Shown here: in pieces, positions 22,341 through 33,503 of the stretch | Position numbering within the stretch: the stretch's first letter is position 1 | Layout of the letters: each line of letters opens with the position of its first letter | Assembly (NCBI GenBank): GCA_030295235.1 | Contig: AP026142.1 | Location: 682,001-746,000 of the forward strand | Reading direction: 5' to 3' | DNA: 64,000 nt | DNA from: Fistulifera solaris | Taxonomy: Eukaryota | Program-made: the position numbers and the translations under genes | The notes under the pieces: model-generated | What the model was told of the DNA's origin: nothing | What the model saw: the letters and a program-made list of their open reading frames with translations, nothing else | Databases searched by the model: none

Positions 22341-24132
22341 ATGGAAGAAACGATCGCTCGAAGAATCGACGAACGACTGCCGCACGAAGAGGAAGAAGAT
22401 GTTCACCATCCGTTTGTGACGGAACCCGAAGAAGAACCAGGACTCTTTCAGCTCTGTACGGGCATGAAAGAAGATCTCGCGGCACGTATTCCTCTCTATA
22501 TGAATGATTGGGGTGCTCCGAAACACTTCTTTACTGTCTTTAATGCAACGATTTACGCTTTTGTGATTCAACTCATTCCGGCTCTCATCTTTGCGGAACT
22601 CATGGCTACAGAAACAGAAGGAAATTTGGCAGTGATCGAAATTTTGTTGAGTACAGCAATTATGGGCGTCATTTATGCAGTATTTGCGGGACAGCCGATT
22701 GTCATAATGGGTGTGACAGGTCCAGTGGCCATTTTGTTGGGGACCTCGTACAAACTCACCGAACAATTTAATGCCGAATACTTTCCTTTCTTCTTCTGGA
22801 CGTGTCTTTGGGCCGGTCTCCTTCACATTATTACGGCCATGGTGGGATTGGTATCGTTGGTTTGGATCGTCACGCCCTTTACGACACAGATATTTGAATT
22901 ATTCATCGGCTTGACATTTGTCTACTCCGCAGTCAAAGAATTGGTCGAGCCCATTGCGCTGACACAAGGTGGACTTCAAGAAGACCGCAGTCAACAGTAT
23001 GCTTCGCTTATCATTGGTCTTATTACGTTGTGGGTGGCGTGGACCTTGCATTTTGCTGAAACGTGGTCTTTCTTTACGCGCGGTACACGAGTTTTCCTGA
23101 CGAGTTACAATACCATCATTGCGGTGGCTCTGGGCACGGCTTTCAGTTATCTTCCTGGTGTAGATCTTTCCGATGAAGATCAAGTTGGAATTGAGCGCGT
23201 CAATGTCACAGCTCCATGGGACTGGAAGCCCACCGCGGATCGAAATTGGATCGTTCATCCACTGGAAGGCATTGATGCCCAGGGAATCGCGGCAGCCTTT
23301 GTACCCGGTCTCATGTTCTTCTTGCTTTTTATTATTGATCACAACGTCAGTTCCATCATGACACAAAAACCCAAGTACAATTTAAAGAAGCCCCCGCCTA
23401 CCATTGGGACTTTTTCGTGCTCGGTCTCACCTTCATTCCTTGTGCGGTGCTGGGCGTCCCACCAGGAAATGCTCTTATTCCTCAAGCTCCACTTCATGTC
23501 CGAGCATTATGTACCCGCCGTTATTTGGTTGACGATCATGGTGTTGAACGAGAAGTGGTGATTCATTGCGAAGAACAGCGATGGTCGGGTTTATGTCAAG
23601 CTCTTTTGATGTTCGTTGCCCTGGTGTCATTTGAAGTTGTGAGCTGGATTCCTAGAGGGTGTCTGTTCGGCTTGTTCCTTTATTTGGGCATTTGTGCTTT
23701 CTACGGCAACGAAATATGGGAACGCATCAACTTGACATTTATGCAACCATCCAAGCGTCCCGCCACTTCGATTGTTCGTAACGTGGCGTGGGGCAGTGTC
23801 ATGATATATACGGTGATTCAATTTGTTCTCGCCTTTTCTGTATTCGCGATAGCTCAGTTTGCTAGTGTTGGTAAGTATTGTGTGCAAGAACGAGTAACAT
23901 GCGGATTGAGTAGCGTGCTCATTTCTTCCGTTCCACAGGATACATTTACCCCGCCCTATTGATTGCTTTGGTGCCCATCCGAATTTACATCGTGAGTCGT
24001 ATCTTGAGTGCCGGTGATTTGGATTACCTGGATCCGTCGAGCGAGTCCGCAGAAGAATTTGTAGAACAACAAGAATTGATTGAAAAGGCCTTGCGAATGG
24101 AGTTAGATACGTCCGACGAAGACAACAATTAA
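22341..24132 (+). CDS. SLC4 / BOR-type bicarbonate/borate anion transporter
   Basis: 'RIPLYMNDW', 'QLIPALIFA', 'FAGQPIVIMGVTGPVAI', 'TPFTTQIF', 'FIIDHNVSS…YNLKKP(P)AYHWDF', 'PQAPLHVRAL', 'EEQRWSGL' and 'LFGLFLYLG'. Frameshift in the C run at 23391-23395. Intron 23871..23938. Last exon ends GYIYPALLIALVPIR…LDP…DEDNN* (TAA 24130-24132). Confidence 0.9.
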
Positions 24133-24676
24133 AGGAGAACACTGATTGTAACCTGCAAGTCGCAGCGATAACGGAACGATCGAGGAGGATAGCACTTTGA
24201 GACGGTGCAAGACAACACTCACAAGCTTGTTACAAAAAGTATGTACATAAGATTTTCATTGAGGTTATTTTTTGTTCCTTGTCTCTACAGCCTTTTGGGT
24301 ACCAGGTAATAGACTCCATCAAGTTACCGTACAAAGACATCAGGTTGCGAGATTGGCGATCAAGAAAACGACTCGGAATAGAAAACACTCTCTAGATTAG
24401 CTGATCATTGCCGTGACTCGATAATACAGTTGACGGTTGAGGACTCCGAAGAAACTATAGTCACCGAAACACTTTACACTACAAAGTATAGGAGTAAAAA
24501 ATTGATGCGGCACTCGAAGATTGACGTGGCTCAAAATCAAAACGCATCCCACAGTCCCACAACACCATAATCGCGTCAGTATCAGTTTCAACAAGAAAGG
24601 ATAACAATGAGCGAAATGCACAAGGACGATGCTGTTATCGTCGCTCTTCTTACTTATATAGTTGAACCGTACGAAT

Positions 24677-25600
24677 ATGAAGTTGTACGCCATTACTATC
24701 TTCAGCGCGCTATTCGCTTTGATTGAATCGTTGGCGCTTCCGAGGATACTTTCGACGCGAGCAACACGCCTCCTTCATCGTCATGATGCTATTCTTCCTG
24801 TCAACAATTTACTCGACGAATCAGTTGCCAACACCATCAGCGCAACATCCGAATTACGACAGTCTGCGCTGACTTTCACGGCTGACAACAATGACGCCGC
24901 GAGCCGCACGGCACTGTTAATTCCGATTCTAGGAATGCTGACTGGTTTGACGGGCGTTCTTTGCTACCGTCGTTTCAATTGTTTTCTTCATATGATGACG
25001 GGATGTACGTTTCGGGCTGCGACATCGTTGGTCGAAGGAAGTTGGAGTGCGGCGGCACTCGATGTTGGCATCATATTGTCGTTTATTGCAGGCACGGCTT
25101 GTTTTCGGCTCATCGAAACGAAGCAAGCGTCAACGGCATTTCCTTTGCCTCTCGCCGTGGCATTGTCATCCTCGACGGCCTTTTGTCTCTCGGATATATT
25201 CTATTGTCAATCCACTGTATTGTCTCGTCTCGTTTGTCCTCTTTTGGCGTTTGGTTTTGGTATCTTGAATGCATTTTCGACCACTGTTTTGGGTGTCGTC
25301 ACATCGGCGGCCACCGGTCACTACACCAAAATTGGATTGGGCTGTGCCGAAACGGTATTGTTGGGCAAGAACAACAATTCGCAAACAAGTCAAGCCTATC
25401 TGAAAGGGTTCATCCCCTCGGTACTCTTGGTTTCGATTCTCTATCGACAATGGACGACACGATCGACCGGACTTATTTTTCCACCACCATTGGGCGCTAC
25501 ATTGGCTTTGATTTATACAACAGTCTTTGCCTGGTACAGCTACGGTTTTCAAAAGATGAACTTTCGATGGAAATCGATTTGGAATAAAAATCTAAAATAA
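24677..25600 (+). CDS. DUF1275 (YoaK-like) multi-pass membrane protein with signal/transit peptide
   Basis: 'FLHMMTGCT', 'SFIAG', 'LLAFGFGILNA' and 'VTSAATGHYTKIG' match the DUF1275 pattern (MTGN / SF..G / MG..NA / TT..TG). N-terminus MKLYAITIFSALFALIESL is signal-like. Confidence 0.7.
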   Translation: MKLYAITIFSALFALIESLALPRILSTRATRLLHRHDAILPVNNLLDESVANTISATSELRQSALTFTADNNDAASRTALLIPILGMLTGLTGVLCYRRFNCFLHMMTGCTFRAATSLVEGSWSAAALDVGIILSFIAGTACFRLIETKQASTAFPLPLAVALSSSTAFCLSDIFYCQSTVLSRLVCPLLAFGFGILNAFSTTVLGVVTSAATGHYTKIGLGCAETVLLGKNNNSQTSQAYLKGFIPSVLLVSILYRQWTTRSTGLIFPPPLGATLALIYTTVFAWYSYGFQKMNFRWKSIWNKNLK

Positions 25601-25640
25601 GAAGCTACGGAACGTAAATCCTTGCTATAACGTGAATCAA

Positions 25641-27234
25641 TCAATCACTTTGGTTCAAGAGACGCGAGGTCATACGTTGAATGGCCGCAACGAGGCGAGC
25701 CTTCAGCTTACCACAGGACGTGCGATTGGCCAAGGATACCATCCAAGGGAGTAAATTTAACTTCCTTACAAAAGAGTTGATGCCATGTTCTGTCGTTAAC
25801 ATGAGATCCAGCAGAATATTCAGTGCGGCGACGAGGCTTGAACGATCTTTAGTCTCATTGCTTGTGACGAAGTCAGCCAAAGCATTTACACATTCTTCAC
25901 ATTGAAGAAAGTAACGGTGATTTTGCGAGTCTGAAACAAGAGTTGTGCATATTTGAATGACAGCCACTCGCTCTTGTTGTGACCCATTGTGAAGGATTAC
26001 ACTTATTTTTTCCACAAAGCTTGTTTGACAAAAGAGTACCTCCGCTATGGATGGCTTCCAAAATATTTGATCTTGCATCATAACCAAAGCTTGAGAGCGT
26101 ACAGGGGCGTGTGAACTGGCCATCAAATCAACCACGCGACTTAGAACGTTAGCTTCTTGTATGCATTTCGAAGCAATTTTCAAATAGCAAGCAGCTGCAT
26201 GTTCCGTGCCGTGCAGGCGATTGCCATCGGTCGCAATTCTTGCCAGTGCTTCTAAAATATCTGCTTTGAGGCGTGCGACGAGAGGTAAATTTTCACTCGT
26301 CATAATGCGAACTAACAAGTCCAAGATATTCTTCAAGAGAGATGCGTCGCTCTCTATTGATGCGCCTTCCATCAGGGCTTGCACTACATATTCCATATTC
26401 GATTCAAATATACCCGCAGGTCCATTTTCCAACTCGTGATTTTTTTACTACAGCATCCAGGATTTCGAAGACCGAACGTCGAATGGCTTTGCCGTCGTGA
26501 TGCAAATTCTCTTTGGCTACAAGGATGCAACACTTTCGTCTAGCCATCTTTGCGAAATGCGTGCTCGAAATCATTAACGTTGCTAGTGCTTTCATGGCTT
26601 GCTCCGCGTTCGTTTCCGTACACGTTACGGCAGAGACGCTGAGTATAGACACAAGGCGTTCGCAGATTTCGGCATCGAATTTGAACATTGTGTTCCTTTC
26701 GTGTGTCAAGAAGTTTGCTACGCACAGCGCAGCCTCTGTTCGAACATCCGCGGGCATGTTCTCATTTAGTAAAGAGGTTGTTGAGTTTAGGAAATCTGGT
26801 GGGAGTTGCTCCAACAAAGGAGCGAGACGGTGCATTATTCTAACGGCATTGATCACTGTCGTTGGTTGTAGAGAGTCGTAGCCTTCTAATGTCAGCATCA
26901 TGTGTGCTACATACGGAACTGGTTCAATAAGGTGTTGCTTCATCGTGGCATGACAAGATGATTTCAATTCCGAGTCGGAACAACGCAAGATCACTGCTAG
27001 TGCTTTACACAGCACTGAAATGTGAAGTATTCTTGCGTTCTGGACTGTTTTGGATTCCGCTACGTCAGATACGCATGCTTCGAGCGACTGTTGATGCAGA
27101 CGACATTGATCACAGAGTGATCTGGCGAAAGCTTCCGCGGTTCCATTTCGCAATAGGGCATCACGACCATTCACGTCCAAACGTTCGAAGTAGTGAGAAA
27201 CGCTATCGAAGAGAAGAACTGGGTCATCTTTCAT
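25641..27234 (-). CDS. Armadillo/HEAT-like helical repeat hypothetical protein
   Basis: Two long Leu/Ala-rich helical ORFs (26404..27234 and 25641..26432) joined by a frameshift at the T run ~26440-26447. Repeat-like segments 'DVRTEAALCVANF', 'EQAMKALATL' and 'PVRSQALVMM'. Confidence 0.6.
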
Positions 27235-27736
27235 CGCTTTTGCGTGCTGACCTGTAAATTGATACAGCAGGTTATTTTACAAAATCAATAGCGTAAATCG
27301 TCATTAATTTCGACAAAAGAACTTACTGTACTTATGGAAACTTTCCATATGAAAGCTAACTGCCGACGTGCCTCACGCTTTGCGTCTAGCTGTGAACAAT
27401 CGACTTTAATAATGATGCGTTTGCATTTCAGTCAGCTGTTTACATTTCTTACGGCTGCTCACTATTTCATGTTTTCAGGATATTTGAATGACTTCCCCAC
27501 AAAGCCTTAGACCAGAGGTTCTTTCTACCTTACAGTGTTTTTCAGTACACATCCTACACATTTCCTACGTGAGGAATTATGGCGCGCTTCAAAATTCTAG
27601 TCCTCCTCGCGTTTTTATTCGCACAAAAAGAAAAAGGCGGTGTCATTTTTTCACTTTTCAAGAACTTTTGACTTGACCTTGTAATATTGCTTGCTTTCTT
27701 TCTGATTGATACTTTCCGTTTGTATTTCTCTTCATT

Positions 27737-28197
27737 ATGGCTTCTGTTATTAATTTGTTAGCGTCGGACGACGAAGATGATCTGCCAACGTCTTCCGGTT
27801 TGAGGTACAATCCTTCGACGACTACTACAGCCCGTCCAGCCGCATCTACGACTGCTACACCTACCGTCGCCGCTACTCGCACAGCCTCAGCGCTGAGCAC
27901 GGTCACACCTGCCACTAAAACAACAGCGCCGCCCAAGAAGAAACAAAAACTTCCACGAAAGCTTATGCGGTGTTGTGGGTTTGCACGCACGGCAAAGGTC
28001 GCAGCAACACATGGCGCAAGAAGGACTTGCAGGTCATGGGTGTTTATTCATCCAAAGTGGCGGCAGAAGAAGCCAAGAAACAAATCATGAGTCGACACGA
28101 TTGCTACGGTCACGGAGACATTTGTGTTGGTGGTACATGGGAAGATGAAATTGATTTGGTCATTCGTGAAGCTCCTCTCCATTTGGAAGAAACTTAA
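27737..28197 (+). CDS. Small hypothetical nuclear protein
   Basis: ORF 27737.. (VINLLASDDEDD, Thr/Ala-rich, PPKKKQK NLS-like) continues by a frameshift near 27945-27950 into the 27970..28197 frame (YAVLWVCTHGKG…VMGVYSSKVAAEEAK…IDLVIREAPL). Confidence 0.55.
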
Positions 28198-28944
28198 ATA
28201 CTCTGGTCTCCCTTGGAGATCATTACAAAGAACAATCTTGAATTGTAAGTTCTTTAATCAAGAATACTTATACATTGCAGTATCGCAGTATAACGCAAGC
28301 TTCAGCGTAAGATGCGTTGTAAGCTCTCTAGCTTAAATCCCTCAACATGTATTGGATGTCTTATTATAAAAAATGAGGATGACTTGACTCTTGAGATCTT
28401 TGTCCTGGAAAATGCCAGAGAAGTCTTACTGCTCGTATTCTACACTTTGACACTATCTGTCTCCCTTAATTCAAAGCAGATCAAGGTCAAATGGATGAGG
28501 TTCTCCTAGCTGATGGAAATCCAGGAATGGTTTGATTTGTTATTGATTGTTAACGTGAGCATGCAGCTCTCTTGCTTAGAACACGTTGTACCTGTCCCGA
28601 CTGCAGACCGACTGGAATTCCCGTCCCAAACTCGATTTTGTCTTATCTTTACTCCCATTTAGAGTTCTTTTTCAGCTTTTATCGTTTGGACTGTGAAGAC
28701 ATAATATTCCGTAACTTTTACTTGATGTCGTGGATGCTAAGATGGCTTATTTGGAGATGACTCAAGTCGAATTTAGTTCAGCGCATTATTTACTATAAGT
28801 CCAAAGTGTGTTGGTTTTTCGACACGTTTGACTTTCAGTCATGAGAGAGGTCACCTTGCAGCGCAAACTTTATATCACTACTAAAAATCAAAGTTTGTCT
28901 ATTCATAACATCAAAAGCCCACCGAAGAAGCTCTTTACTGTCTC

Positions 28945-29799
28945 ATGTCGCAAGTACGAAACGAACGAAATCATTTTACAAATCACGGGCGCAAGCGATC
29001 GAGAAGCAGTCAACGACACAAACGTCCTCCGAATGTCAAAGTGAATCACAGTAATATGAAAGACAAAATATCCATTCGTTTGTGTTCCGTTTGCGAGCAG
29101 GTGCCACAGCCAAAATACAAATGCCCGAAATGTCGAGCGACTTATTGTAACATCGCTTGCTGTCGTCAACACAAGGAAAACGGCTGTGCGACGACATCGG
29201 CGGTCACCGTTGCCACTGAAGCTACTGCGAACAGCAAGTATGTAAGAGAGGCATCGAAACTCGCGCCAGAAAAACTCGTAGCCCGCAAACGGTCTAGTCA
29301 AGGCAATGGCAACGCGGAGGATCGGGAAGAAGGATGGATAATTACTTCGGAAATGAAAACACGCTTACAAACGAATGATTGGCTTCGCAAAGAACTTCGA
29401 GATGCTGGATTAAGACAACTTCTGGTTCAAATTTACGAGGCACCGAATGTGGTTTCCAAAAAGAAACGACACGGATTTAACGCTCAAACGGAGCAGGAAC
29501 AAGTGTTGGAGAAAATCAAGGAAGAGAACCCTCAATTCAAATCGTTTCTGGACAAGTTATCGCTCGTTGCCGGTGTTTTAGAATACCCAGGCCCAGCTGC
29601 AGTAAACGAATTGCTGTCTCGTGATTTAAACGAAATTCGAGAACACCTCACGCTTGTTCCTGATAAGACACGAGCTTCAACGAATGCGATCACTGATCGA
29701 ATAGACGATTCGACCGATGACGGAGAGGATTCGACAACAAGTGGCGTCGACGATTCAAGTAGCGCGGCCAGTACGAGTGCTGACTCGGATAGTGAGTGA
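28945..29799 (+). CDS. zf-HIT domain protein (ZNHIT3/Hit1-like snoRNP assembly factor)
   Basis: CSVCEQVPQPKYKCPKCRATYCNIACCRQHKENGC is a HIT zinc finger. 'WLRKELRDAGLRQLLVQI…NPQFKSFLDKL' resembles the Hit1 C-terminal domain. Confidence 0.8.
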   Translation: MSQVRNERNHFTNHGRKRSRSSQRHKRPPNVKVNHSNMKDKISIRLCSVCEQVPQPKYKCPKCRATYCNIACCRQHKENGCATTSAVTVATEATANSKYVREASKLAPEKLVARKRSSQGNGNAEDREEGWIITSEMKTRLQTNDWLRKELRDAGLRQLLVQIYEAPNVVSKKKRHGFNAQTEQEQVLEKIKEENPQFKSFLDKLSLVAGVLEYPGPAAVNELLSRDLNEIREHLTLVPDKTRASTNAITDRIDDSTDDGEDSTTSGVDDSSSAASTSADSDSE

Positions 29800-29961
29800 T
29801 AGAGTTCAAGTTTTCTGATTTTATTGTAACAATGATAGTGTAGTAGTGTATAATAAATTGGAGACAGGAGCCTGGATAACTGATCCATCGGTTTGAGCTG
29901 ACCGTGGCAAGATGCATGTTTCCATAGCCCCAACCTTTGAGAAGGGGATGCGGGATATAGG

Positions 29962-31318
29962 CTATAGGTGTATAGCACTTAGATGCTGGCGCACGTTCTT
30001 TTTTTGTGAGTGGGTAGTCAACATGGCGGACAAGCCCTTGGCCTGACGTAAATCGGGTCTGGCGCGTCGAATATATGTTTCAGCGAAAGACCGAGCCTGA
30101 TCTGGAGAGATTTCCAAGTCCAACGGAGCATGGTGTGTGCAGATGTAGCGCATCTGCTGCGTTAATAGTTGCAGTTGTCCGATGATCTGAACAGGAGATG
30201 GCGATGGTACAAACATGACACTTTTGGGAACCGCAGCGAGTTGATCCGCGACAATTCTAACTGCGGTACGTTCTTCCATGGAATCGCCGAAGGAAATGAT
30301 TTCCCTTTGGCCGCAAGACTCGCGAGAAAAGCTAGAATCAAAGGATTCATCGGATTCGAAACTTCCGGACGCAGTGTTTACATCATCACTCTCGTCCGAA
30401 GTGCTCTGGTTTTCGAAATACTCGTTGACCTCATGAGCAAAAGCGGCCGCCTTCCAGCAAAGGGTCTGCCCCGGGTAAAATTTCTCGTAGGCGGTTCTAG
30501 CTGAAACTATGCGATATTTCTCGATGATTGGAAGTAAGCAAGGAACAAACTTTTCGCACGAATAATGAACCCATCCCTCATCTGAGTTTGTGATGATAAT
30601 AACCTGAAAATGATCATTTGAAAAGGGGTGTCAGAAACGGGCTAGCACTTCAGGGCTGGGCACATGATGTACAGCGACGTGAACTAGTGCCATGAAATCG
30701 GTAAAATAGTTTTCGGACAGCAGGCCGACAGCAATTTGTCCATTCTCGCTAATCGTACCAAGAACCGCACGTTGCGACAGCGTCCCGCGTCCACCAATTT
30801 GGGGCTTCGCGCCATTTCCGGAGTACTTATGAGACTATTTAACGGCATTTTACCCGTTTTAGTCTGTTTTGCACCCCGGCGGAGAAAAACAAGACGCACC
30901 ATGGCCGACGAAGCAACACGATTCAAATAACTTAACGATTGTCGATATGACGATGAATAAAACTCACCTCTCCGTATTTGGATGCCTCCTGTAAGCAGTG
31001 GGCGGCGTATTTGGCAACATCGGCGAAGAGATTTTGGAACTGGGATGATGTCAAGACAGAAAAGTTGTCAGTGGGCTCGGCTCAATAAAACAGAATTCGA
31101 GAGAGGGGTCGTTTCATTACAGTTCATCCATCAAGGTAATAAAGCTTGATTTTTCATAAATTTCAATTGCCGAGGCTTGACACACGGGGACTTACATTTT
31201 CTGCCATCTGGTCTACACGATCTATTTGATATCGATCGACATACGTGGACGGGCAAATGGTGTCATCATAATCAAAGATGATAATCTTTGAAGAATCTGG
31301 CCTGTCTCGTAAGCCCAT
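29962..31318 (-). CDS. HAD-superfamily hydrolase, 3 exons (31196..31318, 30968..31039, 29962..30603), ~278 aa
   Basis: Manual splicing at canonical GT-AG sites gives a stop-free product: MGLRDRPDSSKIIIFDYDDTICPST…|FQNLFADV…KYGE|VIIITNSDEGWV…IVSAR…WKAAAF…IISFGDSMEER. HAD motifs I (DxDxT), II (TN), III (K) and IV (GDSxxE) are all present. Confidence 0.85.
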
Positions 31319-32102
31319 AGCAATGTGCACTAAAGATGTGAAGAAAGGAGATGTGACTGCACCTTTTTGATTTTATAAAAGAAAAACAGAAGAGGAAGGC
31401 AGATCAGGAACTCCGAGAGCCGACAAGTTTTGAAAATATTTGTCCAACAGCTACAAATGTACCTGGCTAGTTTTGTGTTACACTTTTCATTAGACTGACA
31501 ACGGAGACTGGAGTGCGCGCGAAATTTCCCCTCGACCTACATCTGAGGATTTGAAAACAAGAGTTCTACTCTTTTCAAGTAATCAATTCAAACATTCTTC
31601 TTATGTACTAGATTATATGGTCGATAACACGGTGGCTATTAGAGGTGATCAAATTTTGCCGTTATTCGATGGTTAAAACTGGTCAAATAGGTACCTTTAA
31701 ATACCTCCCTCGCGCCAAAATTTGATGATTCGCGGTCGAAAATTCGAGCCCCGTTATCAATTTTCGTTAGACTTCTTACTTACGTCAACGATTTTCAAGT
31801 CTGTTTCACATTTAAGCATAGGATTGGCTCACCTGTTGACAGGTTGCTTTGTTGAAGCACGTCCGGCGTAAAAGGCATTCCACTAAAGTACACAGTGGAC
31901 TCTAACGAGGAACGAAGAATTTTCTTCATCGGCATCATCGTCTCATCATTATTGGTCGTCACTAACTGGTAGTCATAAGTAATTAGGCCATCAATCCCTT
32001 GTAACTAGGAGGAACATCCAACGATTTAGGTGGGAGAAGCATATCCAATGACTAATGACAGTGCTCAATCTAGGGTAAGATAATAGGGCTAGTCCATTTA
32101 CT

Positions 32103-33503
32103 TTATGGATAAGGAAGCCTGACTAACCCCTCATCGATCGCATAAGTATACGTGGGAAGCATAGTAGATGCACCAAGAACGGTTAGTTCTGGGAGGAGAG
32201 TGTTATCTGGAACGACAAGTTTCTGGGAAAATTCTGCGCCCATGAGCGCATACAAAGCCGACCCGAGTGAGGAAGCAATTACGGGTGCTCGCGCCGCACC
32301 TCCCAATAAGAGAATATGGTCGACGTTCATTGGGGTTTTCTGAGAGAATTCGAGTAGCTGTGTAAGCGAGGAAGTAAAGAGTGAACTGAGATCCGTCGGC
32401 GGTGGCATGTGAGGTGACAGAGCTGATTCGGTTTGCGCAGCCTGTACCAAGTACTCCTTGACGTCGTCCTTGATCGCTTTTTCCAATACAGACCGTGAAA
32501 TTGAAGTATCTAAATGATGTTTCGTCGGATCGGCGAAAAGATAATGCACATGGATATCGGCTCTCGATTTTGCAGACAGTTCGGCTAGAGCCATGCGGGC
32601 ATGTGTTTGCAGGGCCGTGAGGGACCTTTCGTCTTCCAAAGGCTCACTCGACTCTTTTCTCAAGAGATCTACCATTATTTCAATCCATCGCTCTCCTCCC
32701 CACGGAAGCGTGATAGACGACAGAACGACATCCTTTTGCACCATCGAAAGTGCCATGCTCTTTCCACCTACATCAACTACAAGCGTCGTTCGTCCCACTC
32801 TACCTTCTTCTGTCGGCAACAAAGACTTCCACTGGGCTCCCCAAACAGCAGCAACCGGTTCGGGCAGAAATGTGGTGGCTACATTCGCAAAAGCCGCAGA
32901 ATATACGTCCGAACGCAAGTACACGGCCGGTACGGTGACGACGCTGCGTAGTGCCGTCGAGGTACTTTCTGGATTGTATCCTATTCGGTCGAGCGTTTCA
33001 TCCAAAGCGAGTCCTAGAACATCTTCCACAATTTTGGCCGCTTGTTCTGGATCGGAAGACGAGGACGATATAACATTCCAGGGCAGCGTGACTGCCGATG
33101 ACGGTGAATACGAAAACTTCTCCATTGCGCTTCTTCCTTGCGCTTCCACGACCCCGTCTTTGTAGACAATGCCATTAAAGAAGTGACGATCTCCTTCTCG
33201 AGTAGCAATAACTTCTGGTTTCGGATAATTTGTGGCAAGTTTCGTATATATGCTTCCGAGATCAATTGCAATTGTTTTGGTCGTCGTTTCGGCTTCTGTA
33301 TTTTGCAACATTTGCTTTTCATATTGCCTTAGCTGCCATTGATAATCTTCCCACTCTTCATCCATTCGCTTCCACGCTTTGTAGGAATAACGGCCCAAGA
33401 CAAACACTGTAGCGACTCCTACGAGCGGCAAAATCTCTCTCCGTGCCGTCGCATGATAAAAGCGTTGAGTTGCCAACGACTGTCGCGCTACAATCCTCCA
33501 CAT
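32103..33503 (-). CDS. Mitochondrial, membrane-anchored Hsp70 nucleotide-binding-domain-only protein
   Basis: AIDLGS, EVIATREGDR, VVTVPAVY, PEPVAAVWG, VVDVGG, WGGERW, LLGGAARAP and ELTVLGA follow the order of the Hsp70 NBD motifs. The ORF ends before any substrate-binding domain. An Arg-rich presequence is followed by a hydrophobic helix. Confidence 0.75.
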   Translation of the reverse strand: MWRIVARQSLATQRFYHATARREILPLVGVATVFVLGRYSYKAWKRMDEEWEDYQWQLRQYEKQMLQNTEAETTTKTIAIDLGSIYTKLATNYPKPEVIATREGDRHFFNGIVYKDGVVEAQGRSAMEKFSYSPSSAVTLPWNVISSSSSDPEQAAKIVEDVLGLALDETLDRIGYNPESTSTALRSVVTVPAVYLRSDVYSAAFANVATTFLPEPVAAVWGAQWKSLLPTEEGRVGRTTLVVDVGGKSMALSMVQKDVVLSSITLPWGGERWIEIMVDLLRKESSEPLEDERSLTALQTHARMALAELSAKSRADIHVHYLFADPTKHHLDTSISRSVLEKAIKDDVKEYLVQAAQTESALSPHMPPPTDLSSLFTSSLTQLLEFSQKTPMNVDHILLLGGAARAPVIASSLGSALYALMGAEFSQKLVVPDNTLLPELTVLGASTMLPTYTYAIDEGLVRLPYP

